Shown here: piece after piece, positions 38,985-52,957 of the stretch
Numbering within the stretch: position 1 is the stretch's first letter
How the letters are laid out: every line of letters begins with the position of its first letter
NCBI GenBank assembly: GCA_034226945.1
Contig: CP120456.1
Location: 682,001-746,000, forward strand
Length of the DNA stretch: 64,000 nucleotides
Source: Picochlorum sp. SENEW3
Taxonomy: Eukaryota
Direction: 5' to 3'
Made by a program: the position numbers and the translations under genes
The notes under the pieces: model-generated
The model's database searches: none
What the model was told of the DNA's origin: nothing
What the model saw: the letters and a program-made list of their open reading frames with translations, nothing else

Positions 38985-40159
38985 CTAGGATTCTCTGGCT
39001 AGGCTATCAATGAGAAGACTCGTGTGCTCTGTGGCGATAAGCAACTCATCAAAAAACGCCTCCTTCATGGGTTCCGGAAGTGTCTGCCCAAATGTGTTCA
39101 GGGCATCCCGGATAACTTTTTGGGGTGGGTGTTCACAGGAGTAGTCAAGATATGTATGTGCTGCATCTCTCTGGACCAGGTCAATCTTTTCCACGCAGAC
39201 TGAGCCTATTCTGTTCCCTATTGCAATCTGACTCACTGAAATCATATAAATATGGGCACAGAGCCTGCATTATAGTGCAAGAAAATAGTATTCAAAGACA
39301 CATTGGACAGTCAAGATGGATTCACATGAAAAACACAACAGTACCTTGATGCGAGCGTGCGCAAGTCCTCCGGGAGAGAGCATGTGCTACATTCTATTCC
39401 AATTGATCGTAATACATGTGCATACTCAGTAGCACATGCACTGGGCTGGAGTTCTGGATCAGGAATGTCTGAGGGCCTTGTTGCCCGAAGCTGCTTAATG
39501 TCCTTACGAATGCAATCTCCCCTGTATATTCCCAAACCCACCGGGTCTATGACCCATTCTTCTGCATTATGGTTGTCAGCTATGACGCTGCGGATTGCAT
39601 GACGTGCCCGCTCCACAGCCTCTGCCATGGAGGTATGTACCTGTTCCAAATCTACAAGATACTGTTCATAGTGCTCTTCTTGAAACGCCCATCTCTCAAA
39701 GGGAGGGATATTTGGTCGAGCTATACGAGAGCGCTCAAATCTGTTCATTTGCTCTGATTCTGCCAGAAAATTTGAGACGGTCTCAGGAAAGGATAGGCCA
39801 TTCTTGGTACTGTAGTCAAGAACCCGACGCACGGGCCCTCTGGCTTTCAAATCTCCTGCATCAAAATCAGGCTTCTCATCCTCTTGGCCCCAGTCTTGAA
39901 CATAGACGTGATCCACAATGCCCTTATCCCCGTCGCTGGGTGGCATGGCATTGGAGGCTGAAAATCTCCCCACTTGCCAACGCGGCCCACCATCTGCTCT
40001 TTTAGCGTTACTTGAACGCATCCAAGCAGAATATAGCACCTATAACAGAATATAATGTAAATTATTTAGTTTTAAAGCAATTTGTATAGGGTTTTGTCTG
40101 CGTACCTGTTGTTGGCACATGTCTCGTCTCGTCGATATAGCAGCTTTGTGTACAATCAT
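38985..40159 (-). CDS. Divergent plant-type heme oxygenase-like protein
   Basis: YEQYLVD, LGIYRG..IRKD, PS..ATEYA..L, LCAHIYMISVSQIAIGNRIG and EAFFDE parallel the plant HY1/HO helices. Confidence 0.6.
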
Positions 40160-40176
40160 GCTTTATACAGTCCCAT

Positions 40177-41569
40177 TTATTTCGTAATATGCATCAATGT
40201 AGATTGATAATCGTGTTTGTATGGAAATACCCGGAAATCTGAATAGATGAGCTTTCCTGATGCTTCATAATGCATTCTGTTGAAACATGGATCACACCAA
40301 TAGAATGGAGTATGGGGTGTCCTGATATCATTATACGTCACTTTCCTTGCAGTTTTCGACAAGCATACTTCACAATTTCTATAGTGTTCCAGTACTACTC
40401 CAGGGGCACGGATTCTGCATGGATATTGGTCCTTGTACACTGGATCTGACACGGAGTTGTGTGTCCTGACGTCTTGAAACACCATCAGGTGCTCACAGCA
40501 TTTCTGATGGCAAAACAATCCTGGGGATGACATGCCTAATTGTACTTGAAGATCTGCGAAGCACTTCTCTTCCATAGAGACGATGGAAAAAGAATCGGTG
40601 TATTTCCCTCTACTGCTGGATTCCTCATCCTGCTGCCAGGTGTGGTGAAGGGGGGCTTTCAACTTGTTCTCCCTGTAGACAAAGGCATTCGAGTTATGTA
40701 CGCTCATGATATGGTATCAGTATTCGTAAAAACAAGTTGTATATATCCCAAGAGCAGTACCTTAAGTATCGAACGATCGTCGCAGATAAATCCTCTTCAG
40801 GAGCATGCCGCCTGTCCTCAAAGAATGTACCCTCCACATAAAAGTACGCTGATGCGTCATATATCTTTTCTGGCTCTTGTCCCTGCTGTAATCTCATGTT
40901 GTTATACTCTGTTTCTACATTTTTTACATTTTCGTCCATGACGCAGTAGATGCTGTCCCGCAGGGAGCATAGGCTTGTGCTTCCTAAAACAAGCCACTCT
41001 TCACTCACATATGATGGTGTCTGTGACAAATGAATCGAAAGTCGAATAACAATGTCATCATCACCTACTCTTTCCCTCATCGTCGAATTTTTATTGCATG
41101 ATGCACTGTCTCCCAATGACAGCTTGCGACCTGCAGATTTGTTTGACGACTCTGGCACTGTTCCCTCCCCTGATGTATGTTGCAAACAATGTAAAATCCC
41201 TGCTGCTGCCTCTCTCTCCGCCTCCCTCTCTTTTCTACACTTTTGGAGAGCTTGCTCATATATTTGAATGATCTCACGCTTCTGCTCAACGTGCCCATGG
41301 TGCCTTTTCTTCGTTTTCGACGGACTACTGTGGTTCTTGGGTTCAAACTCGGGAATTTGAACGTTCAGAATCTCATCCTCACTCCGCAGTCGCAAATCAC
41401 TGGCATCCACAGACGTTTTGTTTCTCTTTTTATTCTCATTAATGGCGCATTCGATCTGTTTGCGAAGCTCTGACGCTTTATTTTGGAATTCACGAATTCG
41501 AACTGGCTCCAAAACCCGTCCTTGTTGGGGAGCAGAGTCTGGATCACTGATGAGACTACTAGGATCCAT
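40177..41569 (-). CDS. SNAPC3: snRNA-activating protein complex subunit 3 (SNAP50/SRD2)
   Basis: Motifs EWLVLGS..L..LRDSIYC, SAYFYVEGTFFED.R, FCHQKCCEH, CEVC..WCDPCF..MHY. Confidence 0.88.
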
Positions 41570-41748
41570 GATCAAATCACAGATGTAAGGCGGAATTGGA
41601 ACTGGGCGCACTGAATATGACTGCAGCATGTAGAGAGGAATTTTGACAGATAGATCCCTGTGTATGATTGGCAACATGGGCTTAGTTCCGTCATTTTTTT
41701 ACAAACAGAGACATATTTGAACAAAAAGTCGAAAGAATATACAGTAAT

Positions 41749-42873
41749 TTATATGTAAGTCAGGTCTGGTGCAGCGTCAACCAGGTCTCTCAGCCCGAAT
41801 TTCTCTCCAATGTGGGGCCTCACGTCATCGACATGGGCAAGCTGCTCTAAAAAGGGAATCAGTCTTAGCAATTCGACATCTTGATCATCATCGTACCAAG
41901 ACTCGATTGGAATGCCATTTTCCAATTGAAACCCGAATGCCTGGGGAGAATTGTCAACGATAATAGTGTGGGCCAAGTCTCTGCCCAGGACTGTTAAATC
42001 TTTCAGATAATTTCCTTCCCACACCACGCAGGAATCTCTGTATACCCTGTGACGAATGTATCTGCCATTAGGGTCAACAATGTCCAAAAGCTGCTCTGCG
42101 TAGATCTGCTGGGATGCTGTGAAGACGACAATCTCAAAACATCTGGCCATTCGCTCCAGAAAGGTATGAAGATGTGGTCTCTTTCGAACCGCCACCATGT
42201 GTGTTATATTTCCAAGTGGAACTGGAAACATAAAATCTGTACCTTCACATGTATCATCCAGTGTTGAGTGCACTAGTGTCTCATCCAGGTCCAGCACAAG
42301 AGTTTTCTTCTTCTGACTGTGTCGTGTCAACCTAGGAAGAAGAAAATCATTTCTGGCTGGGACACAAGCGCTTAATGGAGGAAGAGTTTTAATGAATGCG
42401 AATGGGTCAAATTCGATCTCTTCATACACCTCATCGTCAGCATCATTGTCCGACACCTGCCCAGTTGTTGCACATGACACCTCCTGATGTGACGCAACCA
42501 CTTCGCTACAATCAGAATATGTCACCACTTTAGATGATATCTGAGAAAAAGTGACTGACGAGGAGTGTGGGGGCGTATTCTCTGACCTATTGAGGCCATT
42601 CTGTTCCAGTGATTCTGCTGTCCTCGTGGAATTGTCCGTGGATATTGTATCTTCAGCTGCTACAGGTTGCGAGTTCACAACAGGTGTTTCCAAATCTATC
42701 ACAAGATTCTCTTCTGATTCTTCTGTTCTTGCAGAAGACGCCTGCTCTAGAACTACACACTTGGAGCGTTTGCGCCCATCCTGCACTCGTGTGCTGACGA
42801 ATCCTTGCCTCTTTCTTGCAGCAGACGTAATCAAATCTACCTTTTCTTCTTTATTTTGTCGCATCTTCACCAT
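41749..42873 (-). CDS. SCP/CTDSPL2-like CTD small phosphatase (FCP1 homology); 5' exons uncertain
   Basis: Motifs LVLDLDETLVHS, RPHL..FLE, VFTAS, YLKDLTVLGRDL, IVDNSPQAFGFQLENGIPI. Confidence 0.9.
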   Translation of the reverse strand: MVKMRQNKEEKVDLITSAARKRQGFVSTRVQDGRKRSKCVVLEQASSARTEESEENLVIDLETPVVNSQPVAAEDTISTDNSTRTAESLEQNGLNRSENTPPHSSSVTFSQISSKVVTYSDCSEVVASHQEVSCATTGQVSDNDADDEVYEEIEFDPFAFIKTLPPLSACVPARNDFLLPRLTRHSQKKKTLVLDLDETLVHSTLDDTCEGTDFMFPVPLGNITHMVAVRKRPHLHTFLERMARCFEIVVFTASQQIYAEQLLDIVDPNGRYIRHRVYRDSCVVWEGNYLKDLTVLGRDLAHTIIVDNSPQAFGFQLENGIPIESWYDDDQDVELLRLIPFLEQLAHVDDVRPHIGEKFGLRDLVDAAPDLTYI

Positions 42874-43776
42874 CGTCTTTTACTCGTATGGTGTAAAAAA
42901 AAGCAAAAACAAGGCCTTCAGGGTCACAACACAGACCTACACAACCGGGTGGTGATCTCATCAGCATCAAAACAGTCGATCAGAATTACTATGGTTACTA
43001 TCCATGTCATATTTCAAGGTCTGTAATGCCCTGTTCCCTCTGGACAGCTCCCCTGTCGACGTGAGAGTTTCCCGCCCAAATCGTATGCCACGCGTTCTCA
43101 CGACCCAACCCCTCTTTCGCCCCCAGAAGGACATCAAACACAATATACAAGTATATAAAAGTATTTTATAGCCAATACCAGCCAAAACATGCTCATACCT
43201 TGTCTCTGATGTTTCTAGAAAGACACCCACGTGCTCAAAAGAACTCTCAAGAGTTTCACAGGGCTCTCTCGGTTCCAAAGCAACTCCTCCCTCTCTTATC
43301 CCTATTTAATGCCTAGAGAGCTTATATTGACGCGATAGTAGCGTCTTTGGAGCCTCCCGACGTTCAGCGAGGAGGCGCGCCTCCGCAATTCACACACCGT
43401 GTGCGGCGCGAGTTGTGTATCTGCTGTACTGTAGATACAAAAATTTTCCACTCTTGTAATTTATTGATTTTTTGATACACAGTTCAGGTGGGTTTGGGTC
43501 TATTTTGTGCATGCCGGGATGGCTGCTCGGGCGCTGCTTGTGGTTCGCACGGTGCCGAGGTTCCAGGGTCAAATTATTCGATTCCGAATTCTAAATGCCC
43601 TGCTTCGGAATTAGATAATTGTTTGCCACGACGTCCTACATACTTTGCGGATGCTCTGATCCATTCACAGGTACAAACTGATAAAAAGTATTGATTAATT
43701 TGAAGCCATAGCCCTGTATTCTCTGCACTTTTTAGGAATAGGGAGACATTCTAGTTGAATAGTGGAATTGGATTCC

Positions 43777-44434
43777 ATGGGGCAACGTTCTAGCCGCGAG
43801 GCTCGTGATAAGCCATCGTTCAATGGTGTTAGAGTGAGTTTGATATGGTAGAGATCGTGTGAATGGCAGATCTGACCCCTTTGTCTTGAATACTTGTAGA
43901 TGACACAGGCACTTGGTACTAGGCTGGGTTTGACGGAATCCAAGGCATCCATTATTTTAGAAGAAAGCGCGAGCGATCTGATGAAAAGCAAGGATCCAGA
44001 AATTAGGGCAGCTGTGTCACTGTCATCGAGGTTCGTGTGTAGGGTTCTGTATCTGTGCTGTGAGTCTGCATTCCTCTGACACTGCGGTGTTTCAACTATA
44101 TAGGGTCGACAAGGATGTGAAAATGGCAACAGAGAAGCTTATTGAAAAGAATAAAATTTTAGCGAAAGCTCTGCAGACAAGCAAGCACGTGAATGACCTG
44201 TTGCTTGCTCGGGAGGAGGAGGAGATGGAGAAGATAGATAAATTGTCAAGGGATATACTTGAAAAGGAGGCAATCAAGTATCATTTAGATGTTGAGCATG
44301 AAGAAGAGGCACCGTGTGAAGTGTATGAGGAAAAAGTCTTGCGTTGCTATTTGGATCATGCAGGAGATCCTTTCAAATGTAGATCTGTCGTGGAAGAGTA
44401 TGCGGAATGCGGAAAGCGTGTTACTGTTCAATAA
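43777..44434 (+). CDS. Mic19/CHCHD3-like MICOS subunit candidate
   Basis: Three-exon model starting MGQRSS (myristoylation-type), coiled-coil middle, and C-terminal CX9C-X10-CX9C. Confidence 0.65.
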
Positions 44435-44475
44435 ATATTTATTTCATAGACATCGAGCATTTGAAATGAAAAATA

Positions 44476-46313
44476 TTACGAAAGTTCAAAATTGAGGGTT
44501 CGAAGATTCATGACCAAGTCTTGGTCGTAGCCTGGGCCACCATTGCATGGTCTAACTGCTCGAAGTGGCTCCAAGAGTTCCCATGGGTCACATCTCCAGC
44601 CACTGCACACCGCCTTCAACTGCTCCCTATCCAGAGTAGCCAGCAGCATTCTAGTTGAACCGTAAAGCTCTGAAGTAAGTTCGTAGGCATCCATAGAGTT
44701 GGCTGGTGGGGGGCCCAGTGTGACTGCTGCATCATACGTGACATCTGGGCGACAGGTAAGCCGGATGACACCATCGAATAGAGCTCTTCTAATACCAAAC
44801 GATTCCCCCTCTTTCTCTTCTGGTCCAGCATGTGGGACGGAACAAGCATCTTCTGCTATGGTTGACCAGGTATTTGCTTCCCACAGCCTGGACATGCCTT
44901 GCAGGTGGGAGGATCCTACGACTCCAACAACAAGAGCTCCTGACCCTGCTTTTGCGCCCGCCTCGTACAGAGATTTAACGAGCACCGCATCCCTTTCTTC
45001 AAATAAAATTTTTTCTGTCACATTGGTCGAGTTCAGGTCCTTTTCAAAAGGAGCATTGGAGACTAAATCATGATAATTCGAGGCACATTGAATCCCAAAA
45101 GCTGTATCTAAATCAGCCAATGTTGGGCACATGAGCATTCTTTGGTATGTTGTTAGCTTTGGTCTGTCTCCATAGACCAAGTTCGCATCGGTGCACAGAG
45201 CAGCAACATAAGCTAAATGCTCACTGTAAATCATATTTGATGCCACCAAGTCTTTCCAAACAGACGATGCTAATATATCCCCAGTATCTTTCAGGCGGGC
45301 GGCAAGCTGAGAGATACCAAGTGTTTGTGAGTCTCTTGGGCCATCTGGTGTCACACGCAGGCAGCTCTCCAAATTCACAGAATTCCCAGTCTCAGACCCA
45401 TGCGAAGGATTCAAAGCAGTCTCAACAACAACACTGTGTGGCTTCTCCTCCACAATAAACCTCCCGATTCGAGAATCCTCTGTGTCAGCATGAACTGTAC
45501 CAAATACTGCAATTTTAGCATTATTGGGAGCCTCCAACCATAAATCTGGGCCTCCATGTATGTCTGTAAAAGCCTGGCATCGTATCCCATGGACCCTACC
45601 ATGTCCCCTGTGGCACGCGTCGCGATGCAGGCTAGTATACGTATTGCTCAAAGGTATACAGTGTATCATCATCTGCAACCAAATGATAGGTATTACCACG
45701 CAGTCATGTGATCACCCACCGTGTGATGCCCAAACCACCCATTTCATTGTGACACTCAACATCTCGTTTGGCAGCTTCAGAATTCATGAGTATCATCACA
45801 CCACCCAGCATATGACCATCGCAGCCCATAGTAATGATACTATAAAGCGCGACTCGCACACACATGAGCAATGTCAGATATATGCTTGTCAAAAAATTGT
45901 AACATCACCAGCAGCCACCACAATGAAAAAACAGAATGCGTAGCCTCAGATAGGAGCGAAAGACTTTGATGAATCGTTCTCTACATATCTAGTAGTTCAG
46001 TTGAACTATGCATGTATTGTAACATCATCAGCCACACACCAGGGCAAGCCTGACTCTGTTGTTCAATCCACTTGTCCCCACATGGTCTCATAGAAATCCG
46101 CTAATAGCGATCATCAAACAATGTAACTTTGTCGAAAAAGTCACATCAGTGTGTGTAACAACAAAAAGCATCATCGACCATGGAGCACTGATTGCCATGC
46201 CGGCTGGAAACAGAGTCACCAATTCTGCCGGCAATACCAGACCACCCAACCCACCCCAAACACTTTTATATTCTTTTTTCATCTTGATTTGATCCATATG
46301 AATGACCTACCAT
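44476..46313 (-). CDS. TraB-family protein; first intron (45673-46310) hosts snoRNAs
   Basis: Motifs IAVFGTVH, VVVET, YGDRP, EERDAVL, VVGVVGSSHLQGM. ATG|GTAGGT donor at 46310 and TTGCAG acceptor at 45673 (exon 1 inferred). Confidence 0.75.
45769..45920 (-). ncRNA. C/D-box snoRNA, U27/snR74-like (18S 5'-end A methylation guide)
   Basis: C-like GTGATGT, guide GACAAGCATAT antisense to 18S AUAUGCUUGUC just upstream of CTGA, C' GTGATGA, D CTGA, terminal stem. Confidence 0.75.
45940..46035 (-). ncRNA. C/D-box snoRNA, U80/snR60-like dual 25S guide
   Basis: GCATAGTTCA before D' CTGA pairs with 25S UGAACUAUGC. AGTCTTTCGCTCCTAT before D CTGA pairs with 25S AUAGGGGCGAAAGACU (one G-U). Terminal stem GTGGC/GCTAC. 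Confidence 0.85.
46081..46182 (-). ncRNA. C/D-box snoRNA with two guides to the 25S GTPase-associated region
   Basis: Stem CATGGTC/GACCATG and C-like ATGATGC. GTTGTTACACAC plus CTGA pairs with GUGUGUAACAAC; TTAGCGGATTTC plus ATGA pairs with GAAAUCCGCUAA. Confidence 0.8.
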
Positions 46314-46592
46314 GACGTTGTCGCAGTCCTCTGAGAAATTGATGAAAGCATGCACACCTCCGTTCAATAAGACTCAATTACCATTCCATGAGACACAGTA
46401 TGACACTATAATGATATTTTAAATCTAGCTGACTGCTGAGGTGTGGAGTAGGCGTGTATCCAAATCCACCGGGTTCCGGGATTTCCTTCAATAAAACATT
46501 TAAATGTTTTTTGCTCGGTGTTGTTGACAGAAAACCGTGTGGTAGCCAACCCTTGTCGTATAGTATACGAAAACGTCTCACATAGTAGAAAT

Positions 46593-48450
46593 ATGTTTCG
46601 AACAGTGGTAAAAGGGCGTGCGGGTATCTGTCTTTCCCGCTGTGGTAGTAGGCTTGGGGAAATTTTGGAATGCCAGACAAGACCGGGTTCGACTGTTGCA
46701 AGGAACCTTGTCGCTGTTGAAAGTGGCATACATGATGGGAGAAATATCAAAACTCCGTCGACTGGGAACAAGGCCGTGAAGGGTGGAGGTGCGGTTCCGA
46801 GTCACTACCCTGCTCACCAAACGGCAGGTCACCAGCACCAGGGGGAGGTGACACATCACAAAGAGGAAGAACAAGAGCAATCTTTGAAGAGCGGTATTCC
46901 AAATTATGGTGGAAGGAGCCCATCTGGGAATCCCGTGAAGCAGGAGAAAGGGTGGAGAATGGGGAGTATTCCTCGCCCCAGTGAGATGGTGTCCATGTTG
47001 GATCAATATGTCGTTGGTCAGCAACAAGCGAAAAAGGTGCTGTCTGTTGGAGTGCATAATCATTACAAGCGAGTTGAACACGGACGTGGACAGTCTTACA
47101 ATCAGGAAGACGCTGTGGAGGACTCTAGATCCATCAAGATTGGCAAGTATCCAGATTTGGTTGAGAAGGGCTTGCCTGTGGATGAGGCAGAACGGTACAT
47201 GCGGTTGAATTTGATGGCTCGAACAGATCCTGCAGCAGCAGTTGCGGTTAAATCATATGCTTCTGCTTTAGCGGAAACAATGGAAGAGAGAATTCGCCAG
47301 GAGAATACTCAGGCAAGTTCTGGGAACAAGGTTCAAGCTTCACAGGATAAGGAGAGTAAATATGACGATGTGGAGATTGAAAAGAGCAATGTCTTGATAT
47401 TGGGTCCTACTGGTTGCGGCAAGACATTATTGGCGAAAACATTGGCAAAATTGGTGAACGTGCCATTTGCAATGGCAGATGCAACAACTCTGACACAGGC
47501 TGGATATGTTGGAGAGGATGTTGAGAGCATACTGTACAAGCTGTATCAGGCTTCAGGATATGATGCAGTGGCTGCTCAACAGGGTATTGTGTATATCGAC
47601 GAAATTGATAAAATTACCAGGAAGTCGGAAAATGTCAGCATTACTCGAGATGTGAGTGGCGAGGGAGTTCAGCAAGCATTGTTGAGGATGCTTGAGGGAA
47701 CGGTCGTCAACGTTCCAGAAAAAGGAGGTAGAAAGAATCCTCGTGGCGAGTTTATTTCAATAGATACAACAAATATCTTGTTCATCTGTGGTGGGGCTTT
47801 TGTGGGTCTGGATAAACTGATCACAGAGAGACTCACCACATCATCCATTGGATTCGGTAATCCTGTACGAGCAAAGCTTCAATCATCTTCTGATAGCGCA
47901 GAAGTTGCCATGGAATACAGCAATGCTCTTCTCCAAGCCGAGCAGAGAGATTTGATCCACTATGGACTCATTCCTGAATTTGTAGGAAGATTTCCAGTCA
48001 TGTGCTCTCTTGGCATGCTGAACGAAGAAGAATTATCTCGTGTACTTCTGGAGCCAAAAAGTGCTTTGATAAAGCAATACAAGGCAATGTTTGCGAGGTG
48101 TAACGCCAAGTTTGTTGCCACAGATGAAGGTGTGAAAGCAGTTGCACGAAAAGCCTTCAGGATGGGTGTTGGAGCAAGAGGCCTGAGGTCTCTCTTGGAA
48201 AATCTATTGCTTGATGCATCATACCATGTATGTGTTTGTGATGTTTCATACGATGTCATTGACATGCTGATTGATGTACAATTCTGTGCAGGCTCCCGAA
48301 GATGATGTTGAAGGCTGCATACTTCACGTTGATGAAGTTCAGGAACCACAGGCAATCCTTTGCAAAGGAAAAGGTTCATTCGAAACAAAAATGAAGGATA
48401 TTAAATTGTCTCTCGAAGACAACGATGAATTTGAAGCTGCAACAGTCTGA
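46593..48450 (+). CDS. CLPX: Mitochondrial ClpX ATPase
   Basis: Motifs [76 protein letters not shown] loop, GARGLR. Final exon after intron 48227-48291. Confidence 0.95.
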
Positions 48451-48699
48451 TCATGAACACTATGCCTCTCCACTGTTGTACCACCACATTTTCCCTGTAT
48501 AATATTTCAAATTTTCCCTTGTGCTTTCCCATGTACCTTGTTGCATAAGATATATCCACTAGCAATAGTGGCGAACAGATGCAATTGTAAATACAGCGAG
48601 TGTAACTGAAAGAGAAGATCTTCCACACTGTGGTTTGCTCAAGCCAAAACTATCTGGCTCCGACGAACCTCAGCCACTTCTAATTGAGATTCTATCGCC

Positions 48700-49515
<816 letters not shown>

Positions 49516-49548
49516 TAGATGAAAAAAATACATGTAATTGATCAAAAT

Positions 49549-51971
49549 TTATGCGTTGACAGCAGATCTAGCCCGTGTTAATATGCCATTGAGCAGCTTC
49601 GTGTTGCTGTCTGGATCATCTGAACTCCAAGAATAGAACGGAATAGATGCAACATACCATCCTCGTGCTCTGAGCATATCGTCCCTTGCTAGAGAATCAC
49701 CTAAAGGCTCTCCTGCTCTGGTGAAATGAAGAGGCCCATCTATTTCCAGTGCAATCTTTTCTTTTGGGAATGCAATATCAATGGAAAAGCACCCGTCAGG
49801 TGTCATGTATTCCATTTCATGCTCCTCAGACATGTCCAATAAGGTTTGTGAGACGTGGGAATGAAATTCAGATATTCTGCATAGAATTCAATTTGTCAAA
49901 AGGATGAATGCAGAGGGTGCCATTCTCAGAGGCAGATGGATCATATAGGTAAATTGGCATACCTGACTTTTCTCGTGATGTCTTTCCACGCTTTTTCTGC
50001 AATGTCTTCTAGGCTATCTGGAATGGTCCAGGGCTGCTCTGGGCTTCTGGCCTCCAATATCAATTTTGATTGAAACACTTGTGTAAGGGTTTCCTGCTTG
50101 ACATTGAGATTGGATGATATTTGCTTCATGAGGAAATTCCAGGTTTCTCTATCCATTGCATCAGATACTGACAAGGCCCATAGTATATTGGCAAGTTGGA
50201 AAGATTCAGGGGCATCACCACTGCTAGCCCTTTGCAATACCTCTGCTTTGACACTTGATGCCATTTCTGAATCTTTGAAACCAAGAGAAGCGTAACCCCA
50301 CAGCATATTTCCAAAATGCTGATACGAAAAGGTATGTAACTTTTTCGGAATATATGTCGATGCAGCCTTATATAACGCAGTGCACGAGTGCCTGAGTTTC
50401 GCAAATGCCCACAGGACATTGCTCAGATTTTGGCCCTCGTACTCGTCCATCTTTTGGACAACACTACCTGCTATCAGATTCATCGCTGCCTTGTTGTAGT
50501 AGTCTAACCTCGCACACGACCATGATATGTTTGCGATTTCCTGAGGCTTGAAATCTTGCATCTTGATGAGGGCGGACGTCATCAAATTCTCCAGAGCAGG
50601 CAGCCCGGGTGATTCCAATCGAGTTCCGAGGGACCAAAAATAATTGGACAGGTTTTGGCAAGAAAATTCACTGGAAGTCTTGGGGTCCTTCAATCTAGAA
50701 CATATTTCATTCGAGAGTAGATCAAAAAGCTTCTGATTAGCATCACTCTGTCCTTTGACTCCTTGCATTGATACAGAAACAGAAATACTCCAAACAGCAT
50801 TGGACAGGTTCTGCGGAGTCCAGTCAGAGTAATCAATGGAAGCATTCGAGGCTATTGCAGAAAGAAACTCCCGACTTATAGGTTTATCTAGATGTGCAAA
50901 ACTCCATAGAATATTCGATACAGACTGAGCGCTAAGGTGTGGTAATAGTTCAATAGCCTGTTGGACAACATCATCAAACACTGGATGGTATGCTTCAAAG
51001 CTGCTCAGGCTCCAAACCAAATTTGACTGCAGGATACCTTGTGGTCGTAAGTTATGAAAGCATGTATCCAAAAAGGTGAAGATACGTACCAAATTTTGAG
51101 GAGAGAATTCCCGAATTTTCTTCTGGGCCACATCACAGACCTGTTGAAGGCAATCTTTCCCTGGATTGAAATCAACATTCGCAAATCCCCACAACGTCAA
51201 GGCTATATTTTGAGCATTATATGATGGAAGTAAAGGCATCGATGCATCTACCAGCTCTTTGAATACCGTGGCATCGTGTGCTCCCAATTTGCTAAGACCC
51301 CAGACAGAGTTGGAGAGAGCTTGTGCACTGAATCCATCAATCTTCTTCAACAGTTCCCTCTTCAGACAAAGCATAGTTGCTTCTTGTGGTGCATAATCCT
51401 CACATTTTGCGAATGATAATAAACAGTTGGCAATGTTTTGATCCGTGAAATCGGCAATCTTCTTTTGAATCTCAAATTCGATGGCTTTCATGACTCTATC
51501 ATTGGGGGAGTACCTCAGCAGAGCTATTGCCCAAAGAGAGTTTGCGATATTCTGAGGCAATCCTTGAGATATTTTGTGGTATAACAGGCAATTGCAAAGA
51601 AAATCCAAAACATTTTCTGACCTATACTCCAGCTTAGCAAAGCCCCATAACACATTTGCTATATTCCTGATGGCCAGTGATGATGATTTGGATGGTATTT
51701 TGCTCACCAATTGATGAAATTCCTCGGAGGACCTGATCTCCTTTAACATCATGGGAGCCATATCAAAACTTGCTAGGCGATGAATTGCTGTTGATATATT
51801 GACTCCATCAAAGTTCTCCAGATCTCTATTAACAATATTGAGGATATCATGAGCAGTTTTTGCATGGGTGATGTCCCTGTTGATGCGTATCGCAAAAGTT
51901 CTTGCAAGATTTTTTGTAACTGGCTTTTTTTCAAACCCATGCGTATGCCGTGGTCGATAAGTTGAATGCAT
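49549..51971 (-). CDS. Octotricopeptide-repeat-like helical repeat protein with C-terminal RAP domain (organellar RNA binding); start uncertain
   Basis: Many PQNxAN/SNxxW repeats of about 38 aa. RAP domain SIDIAFP..IALEIDGPLHF..RD..L...GW. Confidence 0.85.
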
Positions 51972-52441
51972 TATATCTGCATCATAAATATAAGGTATTG
52001 TTACTCAAATATTCCCGGACTACTTCAACAGATTATTCACATATTCCCAATCACACACTCCCAACCACTGCTGTCTTTGACACGGGCGCATACAACGCCA
52101 CGCTCATCGTACCAGTATCATTATTATTATTAGATGAAATATGAAGAAAATCAAGCGAAGGCGCAGGGTGCTCTATGTTGTCACGCATTTTCCCGCCCCA
52201 ATATGATGGGAGACGTGTGTTGTAATTTGACTCTTTCGAACCCCTTCGATTCGATTTGGGAGGCGACATTTTCAACGTTTCATTCCATTAATACGAAAGA
52301 AACTGAAATTGAACTATACAAATGGCCGCTTACTCCACTCTCCATATAGCATCACGAGGGGCTTCATGCAGAGTCATAAAACCCCATGCAAACAAAATCA
52401 TACATCTGACTCCATGCAACCAGTATTAGACCCCATCCAAT

Positions 52442-52957
52442 CTATTTATCAGGCAAAATATAAATGCGAGACATACCATTTTGTGGTATCATACCTGCGG
52501 GATACAATTGGGGAGGAGGTGGTGGCGGCACACCCCTTGGAGGACTGAGGAATCCAGGCCCGTGATTCGGCAGTGAGGGTGGTGGCGGTGGCCTTCCCTG
52601 AGGCCTGTGTGTTTGGATCATAGGCGAAATCATTGCCGAACGCTGTCCTCCAGGATGTGGCGGATATATCTGTGGAATATATCCTTGACTATTCATGGAG
52701 ATATACTGAGGATGACTTCCCACAACCGGGGTGCTTGGGGGTAAATCGGGCCTACCACTTCCACCTGGTACATTAAATGATGTTCTTCTGACTTCATCCC
52801 TTCTTTTGCGCTTCCTATCGTCCATGGTACACTGCATTTGAAAGGCAGACTCGCCTTCCCTGCGGACCGTGTTCTGGTTTCCTGTGTACCAAGGTTTTGG
52901 GCTCGTATCTCGCTGATAGCCTGCTTTAAAGTAGACAGTGATTTCTTTCAAATCCAC
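52442..52957 (-). CDS. Short proline-rich protein of unknown function; boundaries uncertain
   Basis: RKRKRR basic patch followed by PPPPP tracts. Confidence 0.4.
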   Translation of the reverse strand: MDLKEITVYFKAGYQRDTSPKPWYTGNQNTVRREGESAFQMQCTMDDRKRKRRDEVRRTSFNVPGGSGRPDLPPSTPVVGSHPQYISMNSQGYIPQIYPPHPGGQRSAMISPMIQTHRPQGRPPPPPSLPNHGPGFLSPPRGVPPPPPPQLYPAGMIPQNGMSRIYILPDK

